The notes under the pieces were generated by a model that saw nothing but the letters and a program-made list of their open reading frames with translations, had not been told where the DNA came from and ran no database searches. A stretch of DNA of 32,789 bases from Welwitschia mirabilis (taxonomy: Eukaryota): NCBI GenBank assembly GCA_051453625.1, contig JBOZIK010000001.1:14272035-14304823 (forward strand), read 5' to 3'. This document shows positions 12,435 to 23,781 of this stretch, in pieces. Position 1 is the first letter of the stretch. Each line of letters opens with the position of its first letter. A program made the translations under genes and the position numbers.

Positions 12435-13469
12435 TGTTATGATGTGTATTTGTGTAAGCATTATGATACTAGGAAGATCCTATCATTCACAAATAAATAT
12501 AGATATTTTACAACATAAAACACTAATATAGATGGGAATTTGACCCAAATGTCATATTCTCATTGAAGGCATAGGGTATAAGAAAGAGAATTAATTTTAA
12601 GACAAAACAGTTACATACTTTAATAGTAAAAATGAATAATAATGTAGAAAATAATAATGCAAATACACTTATGCAAAAATAAGCTAAGCGTAACTTTTAT
12701 CTGATTCCCAGATGGTCTTGTTATAGTGATCGACCTTGTATAACCTAGATTCATCAAGAATTATCATCACCAGATTGAAACTAACCTAAGATATTAGGTA
12801 CATCAAAAAAATAGAAAACTATACAAAGTTAATCTATAAAAGAAATGATAATGCACCTAAACTAATAATACTAAACTATAACAAAGATTGCCCTCATAAT
12901 CTATATCACTAAAGAAGCTATCACAGAATTAGAAGCAACATAAACTATAAGGGATATGCACATTATAAGAATAAGAAAATAGAAAAATATTTTTTGAATT
13001 AGTTTCAAACCAACATCCATATTACAAAGTAGCCACACCTAAATGAAGGAAGCATAACCCAACACCAAGAAGACATCTCTTTGTAACTACAATGGATGGA
13101 TCTCTGGCCCTTTAATCTTCTATCACAAGAATTTCTGGTATAATTGAAGTCAAGCAGAAGTTGAGGGTGGAATTAATACTTATTAACAAAAATAGTATTA
13201 CAAATAAATAAGACAAATAGGCATGGATACAACCCTAAAAACCACATTAAAAAAAAAAGACAAATGGCTAAAGTTAGGGGAATTTCATTGAATTATTATT
13301 TTAGATGTTGTCCTATTCATCGCCCAAATAATATAGGAGATGATGCCACCTCATAAGCATTTTATATCCTATGATATATTGATTTCAGTTAGCATCTTTA
13401 TTGGCTTAATTATTCTATCATCTATATAGTCATATGGATAATAAGATAGATGATTGGCTTTTTACAAGT
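12435..13469 (-). repeat. 3' LTR of element B (visible part; the rest lies in the gap, to about 13690)
   Basis: Colinear with 23782-24818, for example CAAATGTCATATTCTCAT vs TAAATGTCATATTCTCAT, and a shared TTTTACAAGT at the gap edge. Confidence 0.93.
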
Positions 13470-14218
13470 NNNNNNNNNNNNNNNNNNNNNNNNNNNNNNN
13501 NNNNNNNNNNNNNNNNNNNNNNNNNNNNNNNNNNNNNNNNNNNNNNNNNNNNNNNNNNNNNNNNNNNNNNNNNNNNNNNNNNNNNNNNNNNNNNNNNNNN
13601 NNNNNNNNNNNNNNNNNNNNNNNNNNNNNNNNNNNNNNNNNNNNNNNNNNNNNNNNNNNNNNNNNNNNNNNNNNNNNNNNNNNNNNNNNNNNNNNNNNNN
13701 NNNNNNNNNNNNNNNNNNNNNNNNNNNNNNNNNNNNNNNNNNNNNNNNNNNNNNNNNNNNNNNNNNNNNNNNNNNNNNNNNNNNNNNNNNNNNNNNNNNN
13801 NNNNNNNNNNNNNNNNNNNNNNNNNNNNNNNNNNNNNNNNNNNNNNNNNNNNNNNNNNNNNNNNNNNNNNNNNNNNNNNNNNNNNNNNNNNNNNNNNNNN
13901 NNNNNNNNNNNNNNNNNNNNNNNNNNNNNNNNNNNNNNNNNNNNNNNNNNNNNNNNNNNNNNNNNNNNNNNNNNNNNNNNNNNNNNNNNNNNNNNNNNNN
14001 NNNNNNNNNNNNNNNNNNNNNNNNNNNNNNNNNNNNNNNNNNNNNNNNNNNNNNNNNNNNNNNNNNNNNNNNNNNNNNNNNNNNNNNNNNNNNNNNNNNN
14101 NNNNNNNNNNNNNNNNNNNNNNNNNNNNNNNNNNNNNNNNNNNNNNNNNNNNNNNNNNNNNNNNNNNNNNNNNNNNNNNNNNNNNNNNNNNNNNNNNNNN
14201 NNNNNNNNNNNNNNNNNN

Positions 14219-14255
<37 letters not shown>
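14219..14255. repeat. (TG)n microsatellite at a gap edge inside element B
   Basis: At least 18 perfect TG units, seen directly. Confidence 0.95.
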
Positions 14256-14258
<3 letters not shown>

Positions 14259-14329
14259 CATGAGTTTTAAGTATAAAAATATATAAAGGGAAAGATATAG
14301 AATATGATCAAAGTTACTTTCATTAATGC

Positions 14330-15500
14330 CTCATAATAAACTCAATATGGGTAGCAAGCTCAAGTATAGGAGGAGAAAATGGAGAATGCATAAGATCTAT
14401 AGGGAAAAAAAATTTCAATGACATAAAAATGGTATGAAGCATCTTGTCTCCTTGTATATGGACTACCTTTGAGAGGTCATCTATCACACTCTACGCAATG
14501 GATACAAAGCGTAGACGTATGTTAACTATCTACTCCTCAAAGTACTAAACACTTCTCTTAACTATCTAGATCTTTACTTTAGTATCTAGATCCTATGGTT
14601 AAGTGTCTGGATACCTCTATCAATGAAACCCCTGATGATCTTAGTGGTCTCTACCAGAAGGGCCTGGATTTACTTTAATATAACTCTAATCATAGGTCTC
14701 TAAACGTAAGATCTCTATGCCTCTTCTAATATCTATATACTCATTTCCTAAAGATAGCAAGCAAAAGCATGAATATGTATAAGGAGCTACTCACCCATAA
14801 GCCCTGGTATTCCAAATCATCAAAACATGGCTAAAAGGAGGCATGGATATCCTAGAATCTATAGTTATCATGCCTCAATCATAGACCTGAGTCTCCTTCA
14901 TATAAAAGTTAGTAAGTCCATCTACTCACCCTTCCTGAATGTTATCAATATCTAAAGGTGTGCAACTATGGTGTAACTATTATGAAATGATGAGTTGATG
15001 TTATAATACTCTATAGGCAGGGATCAACTATGTAATAAAAACACCCAGCTTATTTAGTATCAAGTCTACTAGAATATCTAGTGTTGTGCCATATGTATAG
15101 CACTCCTCTATACCACTAGCAAAATGAATATGTTAGCTCTCAATACCACCTAGTATCTATGCTACAATCATATCCCTAAAGCAACCATAAGAATCTGGCT
15201 ATCATTCTATGTGCATAATGTCATAAAACTTCCTAGTCTCTAATACATAATATGTTCCATGTGCATTCAAAATCCAATGGAGTTATAAATTGAAAAGCCT
15301 CTATTAGTTTCTATCTTTAAGCTATTTATGAAGTCTTTAAAGTATAATTCAACATGGATGGTAGTGGTCTGGATCATATGTAAATGTCCGTATTGAGGTG
15401 GAGGATACACAAGCTCTACACACTCTACCTCAAGTAGTACTAATGAGCTTATCTCCTGCTCTGTGGCTTTGGCTTTAACCTCATCCTATCTAGCTCTACA
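14330..15500 (-). pseudogene. Decayed extra ORF (env-like/Athila ORF2 type) of element B
   Basis: GC-richer block between integrase and the 3' LTR. The minus-strand frame from 15300 to about 15205 reads RLFNL*LHWILNAHGTYYVLETRKFYDIMHIE, resembling the W...Y..LVREFYAN motif of Athila-type extra ORFs. The tail near 14350-14400 is Pro-rich. Confidence 0.55.
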
Positions 15501-16195
15501 TGTATAGGGATTACTCAGTCAAAAATACATAAAATATTATGTAAAATCTAATAGACAAAGCTAAATAAATTGTGTGGATGTTAAAAAATAACCTTCAAAA
15601 TCAACAAACAAAATTTAGAAAATTATAAAAATACATCTTATCCCTCAAGATGTCAATACATCACCAATTGCCTAGTCATGAAAAAAAATTTAAAATGCAT
15701 TAAAAATGGAAAGATAGTTTTTAAAATAGTCCCCACATAAGGTAAAAATTTAAAGTGCTCAAATAAAAAGTCTAATCTAGTAGAATCATAAAAGACATTA
15801 AACTAATTAATTTATCCTAAAAACCATTACGTTTCAACATGCAGTTTGTGAAAAATAAAGTGTGAAAGATAAAAACTTAAAACTAATCAACATATATGAA
15901 AGCTACACGTTGAAAGGCTAAAAAATAGGAGAAAATATTGAAAAAAAAAGGATAGAAAAACAAACCTCATTTTTAAGAATTTACAATAATTTAACAAATC
16001 TAAGAGTGAATCTTATAGGGATAAGATCTAGTGCACTGGCAAGAAGTAGGGGAATCATTGTCTCAAAGAAATGAATGGAAATGGTGAAGAAATAAAGAAA
16101 AAATGGGGAAAAACTGTTTAAACCTCATTTTATCACACTGTTATCTACACATCATCCAGACGATAGCACTAGAATAACTCTTAGAAAAAATTAGA

Positions 16196-16238
16196 CTATC
16201 ATCCACCTATGTCATCTAAATGACAAGGTGGATGATAG
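16196..16238. repeat. 43-bp near-perfect palindrome, best-preserved copy of a motif family in B
   Basis: CTATCATCCACCT / AGGTGGATGATAG 13-bp arms, inner TGTCAT / ATGACA arms, a 1-nt bulge and a 4-nt loop. Confidence 0.85.
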
Positions 16239-17619
16239 GACTTTAAAAGTTTTCTCAAAAATTAACATGTTAGACAAGAAAACTAGGCTCAAGTATTATT
16301 TAAAGGCATCAAAATTTATAAAAAAGTTTCAAAAAACAAGAAATTATGAAAAAATCATAACAAATTAGGATGATGATAAAACTTAAAAAAAAAGGGAAAA
16401 AAATAAGGCTAAGAAAACATAGTAACTAGATTGAAACCTGATAATAAAGACTAAATAAATATGTTCAAACTAAAAAATAAACAAGACAGAGCATAAAACT
16501 CCAAAATATACAAAGAATCTCATAAAAACTATGAAGTATAAAAGATTTTTGTTTAATTCTAATGTTAAAAGAAAATAATATGTAATAAATTAACAATAAA
16601 AAATTAGTAAATGATAAGATCATATGTGAAGATGAGAAAATGCAAAAACGACTTTAAATAATAAACTAAAAATCAAATAAAAGAAAAATAAAAATGGATA
16701 TTAGGAACATGGAGAAGATTGCTTACCTATCCTAAATTCTAACCTAGCAAACCCCAATGGAAGATACCATAAAACCACCTTAGTAAAAATGCATGATAAA
16801 ATGTATGAACTCCATAAAATTCCACTAAAAAAGGTAGTGATTATAATGATATCAAAAAACTTCAAGTGCTTAAAATAATGAAAGATAAGATTAGAAGCTA
16901 CTCAAAAATGAACTCACCTACTCACACCTTAAAACACACTCAGATCCTTAAAAGTAAAATGATCATATGGAAATACTGAGATTCTAAAAAATAAGAAATG
17001 CCTCTAATAATATTAAGAACACCATTAATCCCATAACCTCAAAGTTTATTATAAATTTTCCATAATGAGGGGAGTGCAACCACAATCAAAGAAGGAAGGA
17101 CCTATGAAGCATAATCAACTAATCCCCTAATGAAGTTCTCACAGCTATCAACACTGTCAAATGTTTTTCTGGAAACATTTAGCTTAGTGTAATAAGACTT
17201 TATGGTAATCATGTATTTTTCTTTAAGCATAAATACAATAGATCATAGTTATTTTTTTCTTTTTTATTTTTTAAATTTTTTTAAAATAATTCCCACATAA
17301 TCACATACTCAAAAAGATGAAGATGAATAAGTGAGTTAAAAGATAGTAAAGAACATTCCTAAATAATCAAAGGCCTTAAACCATTGGAAAAAAATACAAT
17401 AACTAAGATATATTCCTTCAAACTGAAGTCCATAGATATGGAAATATCTTAAGATTAGATGAATCCAATCTTATCACTATAAAATGTCCAAATACAAATA
17501 GTTGTGGAACTTCATAAAGCAACATATAAGTTAAGTTTAAAAGATGATCAATTAATGTCATAACATTTATGAAAGAAATAAGATAAGAAAGAATTCAGAA
17601 AATGATAGGGTGGAAGTCC

Positions 17620-18950
17620 TTCTCATTCAAGGGAATCTTAAAAATAAGTGCTTCTACCATGTTTAAAATTGCATCAAAAGATTTTTCATATAGTTTCAAC
17701 CTTTGTCCATTAACTTTCTAAATCTCCTTAATCTCTAAGTCAAAAATCCCAATAGAGCCATTAGAATGCACTCTCTCTATAAGATAAGGATATAACCATT
17801 TAGAGGTCAACTTACTTTTTAAAAGATGTACTCTAGTATTATATAAAAAAATAATTTGACCAAGTTCAAAATTTTTATGAAGTAGTTCATATTATATTTG
17901 AACTTATCTTGGACTTTGTGGATTAATTAATGATGTATAGCATAAGTTTATTTTTCATTAAGGTAAACTAATTAGACTAATCTATATTTAAGATTATCAT
18001 AAAGGTATTTAAGATTAAGTTAATGAGAAGTACAATAAGAGTTATAACACACATCAATAGGTAAAACACAAATTGTTTTGTACATAATTTTATAAGGTAA
18101 AAAATCAAGAGAATTATGTCAAGTAGTATGGTAAGCCCAAAGAACATCGTTAAGTTTAGAAGTACAAGATTTCTTATTAACAAAGATAAGTTCTTGTAAC
18201 ATTTTCTTAATTTCTTTATTTGCATTTTTATCTTGACCATTGGTTTGTGAATGATAAGCATAAACTACTCTATGTTCTATTCTAATAGACAAAAGAAGTT
18301 TCCTAAAAATTTGATTTATAAAATGAGTTTTTTGGTGACTAATGATAATCTTATGAAAACCAAATTATTAAAAAATATGAGTTGTAAAACAAGTACAAAT
18401 ACTTTGGAAATCATTCAAAAAAGTAGAAATAGCTTCAACTCATTTAGTAATGTAATCTATAGTCATTAAAATGTAATTCTTATCATCAGAAGGTGGGTGA
18501 ATAGGGATAATAAAATAGATTTCCTAATAATCAAAAGGTTCACATTTAAAAATAGGTCTAAGGGACATCTCTTGAGCATGAATAAGACTACTATAGTATT
18601 GATAAACATTAAAACTTCTAGAAAAATTAAAATAATTCTAAAAAAGAGTAGGTCAATAAAAACTAGAATGAAGAATTTTCTTAGCCATTTTTAGTCTACT
18701 AAAATAAACTTTACAAACACTACCATGACAAAGATAAAAGATATTAGATTTTTTCAGATTAAGCACACATTTATGCATAATTTGGTCTTTATGCCTATGA
18801 TAAAGTTATGGCTCTATCTATTCATAATTACTTATTCTAAAGAGAAAGGATTTTCTTTGATTATAAGTCCAATGTTATGGTGTTTTTTTGGTGATAAGAT
18901 AGTTAACAATATCAGCATACCAAGAAGGAGAATGAGTAGAAGATATAGCA
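17620..18950 (-). pseudogene. pol: Integrase of element B
   Basis: AKKILHSSFY*PTLF near 18640-18690, a GPY/F-like KWLYPYLIERVHSNG near 17755-17800, and KVNGQRLKLY near 17690-17720. Confidence 0.88.
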
Positions 18951-18955
18951 AAAAG

Positions 18956-19357
18956 TTATTCATCTAGAAAATAATCATCCATCATAGAATCATGAAAAGA
19001 AGAAGAAAGATAAGATAAATGATCAATGACACTATTATGCCTTTCTACTTTATCAATGATGGTCAAATTACATTCTTGTATGATGAGGATCCCTCTAATT
19101 AATTTATCACTTGAATCTCTCTTAGTTATAAGGTATCGAATCACATCATGATCGATATAAACATTTATATGAAAGCCTAAATGATAATGTCTAAATGTAT
19201 CAAGATAAAATATAAATGCTAATGCTTCTTTCTCTGTATTAGTATAATTCATTTGAGTTCTAGATAGAGTTTTACTATGGTAAGAGATAACTTTAAAATC
19301 ATTTTTATATTTTTGACAAAGTACCTGACCCATAGCAAAATCACTAGCATCACACAT
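18956..19357 (-). pseudogene. pol: RNase H domain of element B (still an open 133-aa frame)
   Basis: MCDASDFAMGQVL...SKTL...NYTNTEKEALA...DH...DHLS in the ORF track. Confidence 0.93.
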
Positions 19358-19359
19358 TA

Positions 19360-20350
19360 CTTAAAATATTTTTTTCAATTGGATCCCATTATAATAGGAG
19401 CATAAGGAAATATATAATTAAGTTTATCAAAAGTAAGCTTACAAGATTTATTTCAATCAAATTTAGCCTTTTTTATCCTAGTAATAAGTAAGGGGTTTAT
19501 AAATTTTTCCATAATCTTAAATAAACCAATAATAAACATCACACTGATTAAGAATGAATTGACATTGTTTTGCATTTGTTGGGGAAGTTTGGTTTTGAAT
19601 GACACCAACCTTTTTAAGGTTTATCGTAATTCCTTTTTTCGAAATATAGTAACCTAAAATGATTCTACTATCAACTAAAAATAAACTTTTCTTTTAACTT
19701 AAATGTAGACCACTAGAAATGCATCTATCAAGAACTTTCTCTAGTTTTTTTAAGATTTGTTTAAAACTTTTAGCATAGGTAGAGAAGTCATCTATAAAAA
19801 TTTATATCGAATCATCTAGCATATCAAAAAAAACACATTATTACACATTGAAAAGTACCAGGAGCATTGCAAAGCTCAAAAGGCATGCATCTAAAAGCAA
19901 AAATAGTAAAAGATAAAGTAAAAGTAGTCTTATCCTGATTCTTACTAGTAATGCAAACTAATTGTAACCACTATATCAATTAAAAAGATAATAAAAAGCA
20001 TGTCCTTGAATTATATTAGGTATCTAATCAAGAAAAGGCAAAGGATAATGGTTTTCTTTTTTTGTTATTTCATTTAATTTTCTAAAATGAATGCACATTC
20101 TTAATTTCCCATATTTCTTAGGTACTATTGTCAAAGGGCTAATCAACTCACTATCAGCTATGGCATAAATGATTTTAGCATCCATTAACTTAATGATTTA
20201 ACCTTTTATAACTCATTTAGGAACTAGATTAATTCTAGGTTAGAGTTACCTAATAGGGTTTGTATTATCCTCAAAGTAGATTTTATGTTAAATAATTGGG
20301 GTAGGAATGGCTATTAAATCTTCATGAGATCAAGCAAATGCATTTACCTT
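19360..20350 (-). pseudogene. pol: Reverse transcriptase domain of element B
   Basis: IIYAIADSELISPLTIVPKKYGKLRMCIHFRKLN, HYPLPFLD, MPFELCNAPGTFQ, and FIDDF near 19784-19798. Confidence 0.92.
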
Positions 20351-20849
20351 AGATTGCAAAAGTGAGATTTAGCTTGATTCTTATTGAGGAAAAAGATTTT
20401 CATTGATTATCAAAGGTTTGTTCTGATCATTGCATAGAAAAATATACTTCAGTCCACTGGGTAAAGGTTTCAGATTCAGATTTAAATTCAAATTTTTATT
20501 TTTTATTTAATTTACATGAAAATTAACTATTGTCTTAAACTTTCATTTAGACATCAATAGTGGACAACCATCCTCAAAATAAGAAATATTAGTTGTGCTT
20601 AGATTTTAAACTTCTGCAAAGTTAACAGATTCAATTTTCTACCCTGTAGATTAAAATAATCAATTTATAAATGGTCAAAATCAAGTTTATCTTTATTAAA
20701 AACTTTCAATTTGTCTACTTTAAGTTGATTACCAAATAAAGTTGGATCATAAAGCATTAACCATCTTTCTTCAAGTGGACAATGTTGTAGAAATAAACTT
20801 GCTTTAATCTCTTCTTTCACACTTAAATCATTACCTAAATCTCTTTTAG

Positions 20850-21240
20850 TAGTATCAAACACTCTTATTATGAACTTTTTATTCCCTAAATGATACTTCA
20901 TTATTCCCATTTTAATATCTATGATACAATGGGCTATTGCACAAAAATCTCTACCTAGAACTAATGGATAACCACTGTTATGTTTAACTTCTATCATAAC
21001 CAGGTTAATAGGATAGAATTATTCTTTAATTTGAAGTACTCAATTGTTAATAAAGCCTAACGGTTTCTTGACTAATGTATCTACTAATTCTAAGAGAATC
21101 CTTATAGGTTCTATTCTATTTTCCAACCCATATCATTGACAAATATGCAAGGGCATAATGTTGACACTTGCTCTTATATTAATCAAGGTTTTCTTTATTC
21201 TTCAGTTTCCTTCTAAATTAATACTAATATTTGCTACCCC
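20850..21240 (-). pseudogene. pol: Aspartic protease domain of element B
   Basis: TLINIRASVNIMPL near 21150-21190 and PLVLGRDFCAIAHCIID in ORF 20665-20997. Confidence 0.85.
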
Positions 21241-23150
21241 TAGATCTTTAAATTTAGACAATTTTGTAAGACTAAGTTATTTATGAATTAGCCTAGGAAG
21301 ACTTTACTAAGGATAGTTTGTTTTTTTTCCCTCTTAATCAGATATTTCCATGACTCAAAATATTTAAGATTCTCTTACAAAAGTATTAAAATGGTAAATT
21401 TATGCTCACATTTTACATTAAAGCTTTAAGATGTTCATCAAAAGTAGGATTATTGTTCAATATATCAAGCCAAGGAGTAGCAAGTTTCTTACCTTTTTTA
21501 TGAGAATAAGAGAAAGAATGATTTTCTAAAATTTCTATATCCTCTTCTTCCTCATTATTTTTATCACTTTGAGATGTTGAAGCCTCATGGGTAGGAGGTG
21601 TTGTCTTATTTTCACTTCTTATCACAATATTATGATATTTTTTAACTTCATTTGAGTTTTCTAGAGGTTGTATGATAAGTGATCCTTGTGGTCTCACAAA
21701 TTTTCAATGTTAGAATTTGTTCTTTCTTAGGTTTTTTACAACTCATCAATAGAATTTCTAAGTCGATTACTTCGAGTTTGTGAGTTGGATGTGCTTGCTT
21801 GATTATTAGAGTTATTTGATTAGAAATTTACATTATCAAATCTCTTTCAAAATGGTTGGAAATTAGGATGATGTATTGGAAAATTTTTGAAATTTGGTTA
21901 TCTAGTAATCCTAGGTTGAAACTTATTTTGATTTTAAATTTAACTTTGATTTTGGTTCTTATTTTTATTTTCAAAGTTTGAAGATCTGTAATACAAATGC
22001 ATATTTCTTTATAAATTCTTTCTTTATATGTTGGCAATGAAGGACAATCTTCATCACACAGTAGTAGTCTTTAAATAAATCACAAGCTAAAGTACAACCA
22101 CACTTGTTTTTATTAACGCCTTTGCATATAAACTCATCTGAGTGTATCTTTTAAAGTTGAATTAAAATCCTTAATGATGTTAATTGATTATTTTTTAGTT
22201 TTTAATTCCTCCTTCTCTTTCTTACCTCTTTAAGATCTTTAATAATTTGGCCTACTGTATAATTTTCTTTGGGTGAGGGATTAGGCTAAGCTTGACTCAC
22301 TTTCACTAACTCTTCTAACACTCTCAAGGAATTTTTTTAATATAAGGCTCATTAAATTTCCTCTACATGAAAAGTTAACAAGTTTCTTAGTTTGANNNNN
22401 NNNNNNNNNNNNNNNNNNNNNNNNNNNNNNNNNNNNNNNNNNNNNNNNNNNNNNNNNNNNNNNNNNNNNNNNNNNNNNNNNNNNNNNNNNNNNNNCCTCA
22501 TTAAATTTCCTCTACATGAAAAGTTAACAAGTTTCTTAGTTTGACTATTGAGTTCACTATAAAAGTAATCTACCAATTATTCTTGAGAAAAAGAATATAT
22601 AGGATTCAAATGTAAAATAACAAAAAATCTTTTATAGGTGAATGCATAATCTTTATTAGGTTGTTGTTAAAAGTTAATTACTTCTTTATTACATTTTCTT
22701 ATAGTTGTTTCACTTATGAATTGTTTTATAAAGTTTTATTAAACTTGACTTCTTGTCTTTAGGCTCTTATAGAAAATAGTTCNNNNNNNNNNACAGGAAA
22801 AATTACAATGTAAGTTCTAATAACTATTCTTTTCTTACCATTTTTGGAAGTAAGTACTAACTATTCGATATCAATAATATGTTATAAAGGATTTTCATTG
22901 TGTTCACCACTAAAAATGGGATAAGCATTTAAATTCTTAAGTTCAACATCATTATCATGTTGTAAATTAAAAGGGATTTGGATTTCAAATTTTTTATTAA
23001 CTATAAGATCTCTAAGGATGACATTGGCATTAGGATTTATAGGCATAGTCATAGGGGTTCTAATACAAGAGGTAGATTAGGTGAAGTAGCCTACTTTTAC
23101 TTTCATGACAAAATAGACATATTAAAAAAATGATTTTCTTCTAAACTATC
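21240..23150 (-). pseudogene. gag: gag of element B (decayed)
   Basis: ELKNLNAYPIFSGEHNENPL near 22890-22950, VDYFYSEL...GNLM, and RPQGSL; homologous to element C. Confidence 0.82.
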
Positions 23151-23760
23151 ATCTAAAAAATTTTCTAAAGAAATAAATGTAGAAATTGGAACTTCTGAAA
23201 TACTTTACATACTTTGGTATGCGTACCTGATTTAAATTTGAAGTCAATCAAAACTTCTCAAATGTTATCCTCTATGAATAGCTGCTCTCTCTAATATTTT
23301 TCTTTCTTACTAGATTTTATCATGTCCTAACATGCTTAGTTTTTATGTTTAGTATTTGTCATTCTGTGGTTATCCAAATAGTATTCTAGATGACAGAAAA
23401 TATAGAAAATATAAAAAAATAAAAAACCCAAAAAAATAGAAGTGTTAAATAATAGCTATAGAAAATATTGAAAATAGATTGTTATCCTCCTGAGTCATCT
23501 GGATGATAAAGGGGATAATAGAAAAATTTTAATTTCTAAGGAAAGAAAAAAACTTAAGGCACACAAGCTGTTATTGCTACACATCATCTGGATGATGGAG
23601 CAAATGACAAAGAATTTATTTTGGAACACAAAATAGAAACTATGAAAAGAAAAAAAACTACACTACTTAGTTAAAAGTAAAATGATACTGCATGAAAATA
23701 TTTAAACTAATATCAAAACACTCACTTGAGAAATGACAATCCTTAAACTCTAAGAAATGT

Positions 23761-23778
23761 TTTTTGATAATGGTGCTA
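23761..23778 (-). promoter_or_regulatory. Decayed tRNA-Asp primer-binding site of element B
   Basis: Plus strand TTTTTGATAATGGTGCTA vs expected TCCCCGGCAACGGCGCCA; all 9 differences are C>T or G>A. It lies 3 nt from the LTR edge. Confidence 0.75.
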
Positions 23779-23781
23779 AGA

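Noticed and set aside
13422..14286. Four long ORFs with VC/TH repeats
   Set aside because: They consist of an N gap plus the TG microsatellite.
17977..18967. Several short hydrophobic or basic ORFs on both strands
   Set aside because: Off-frame or antisense readings of the decayed integrase of B.
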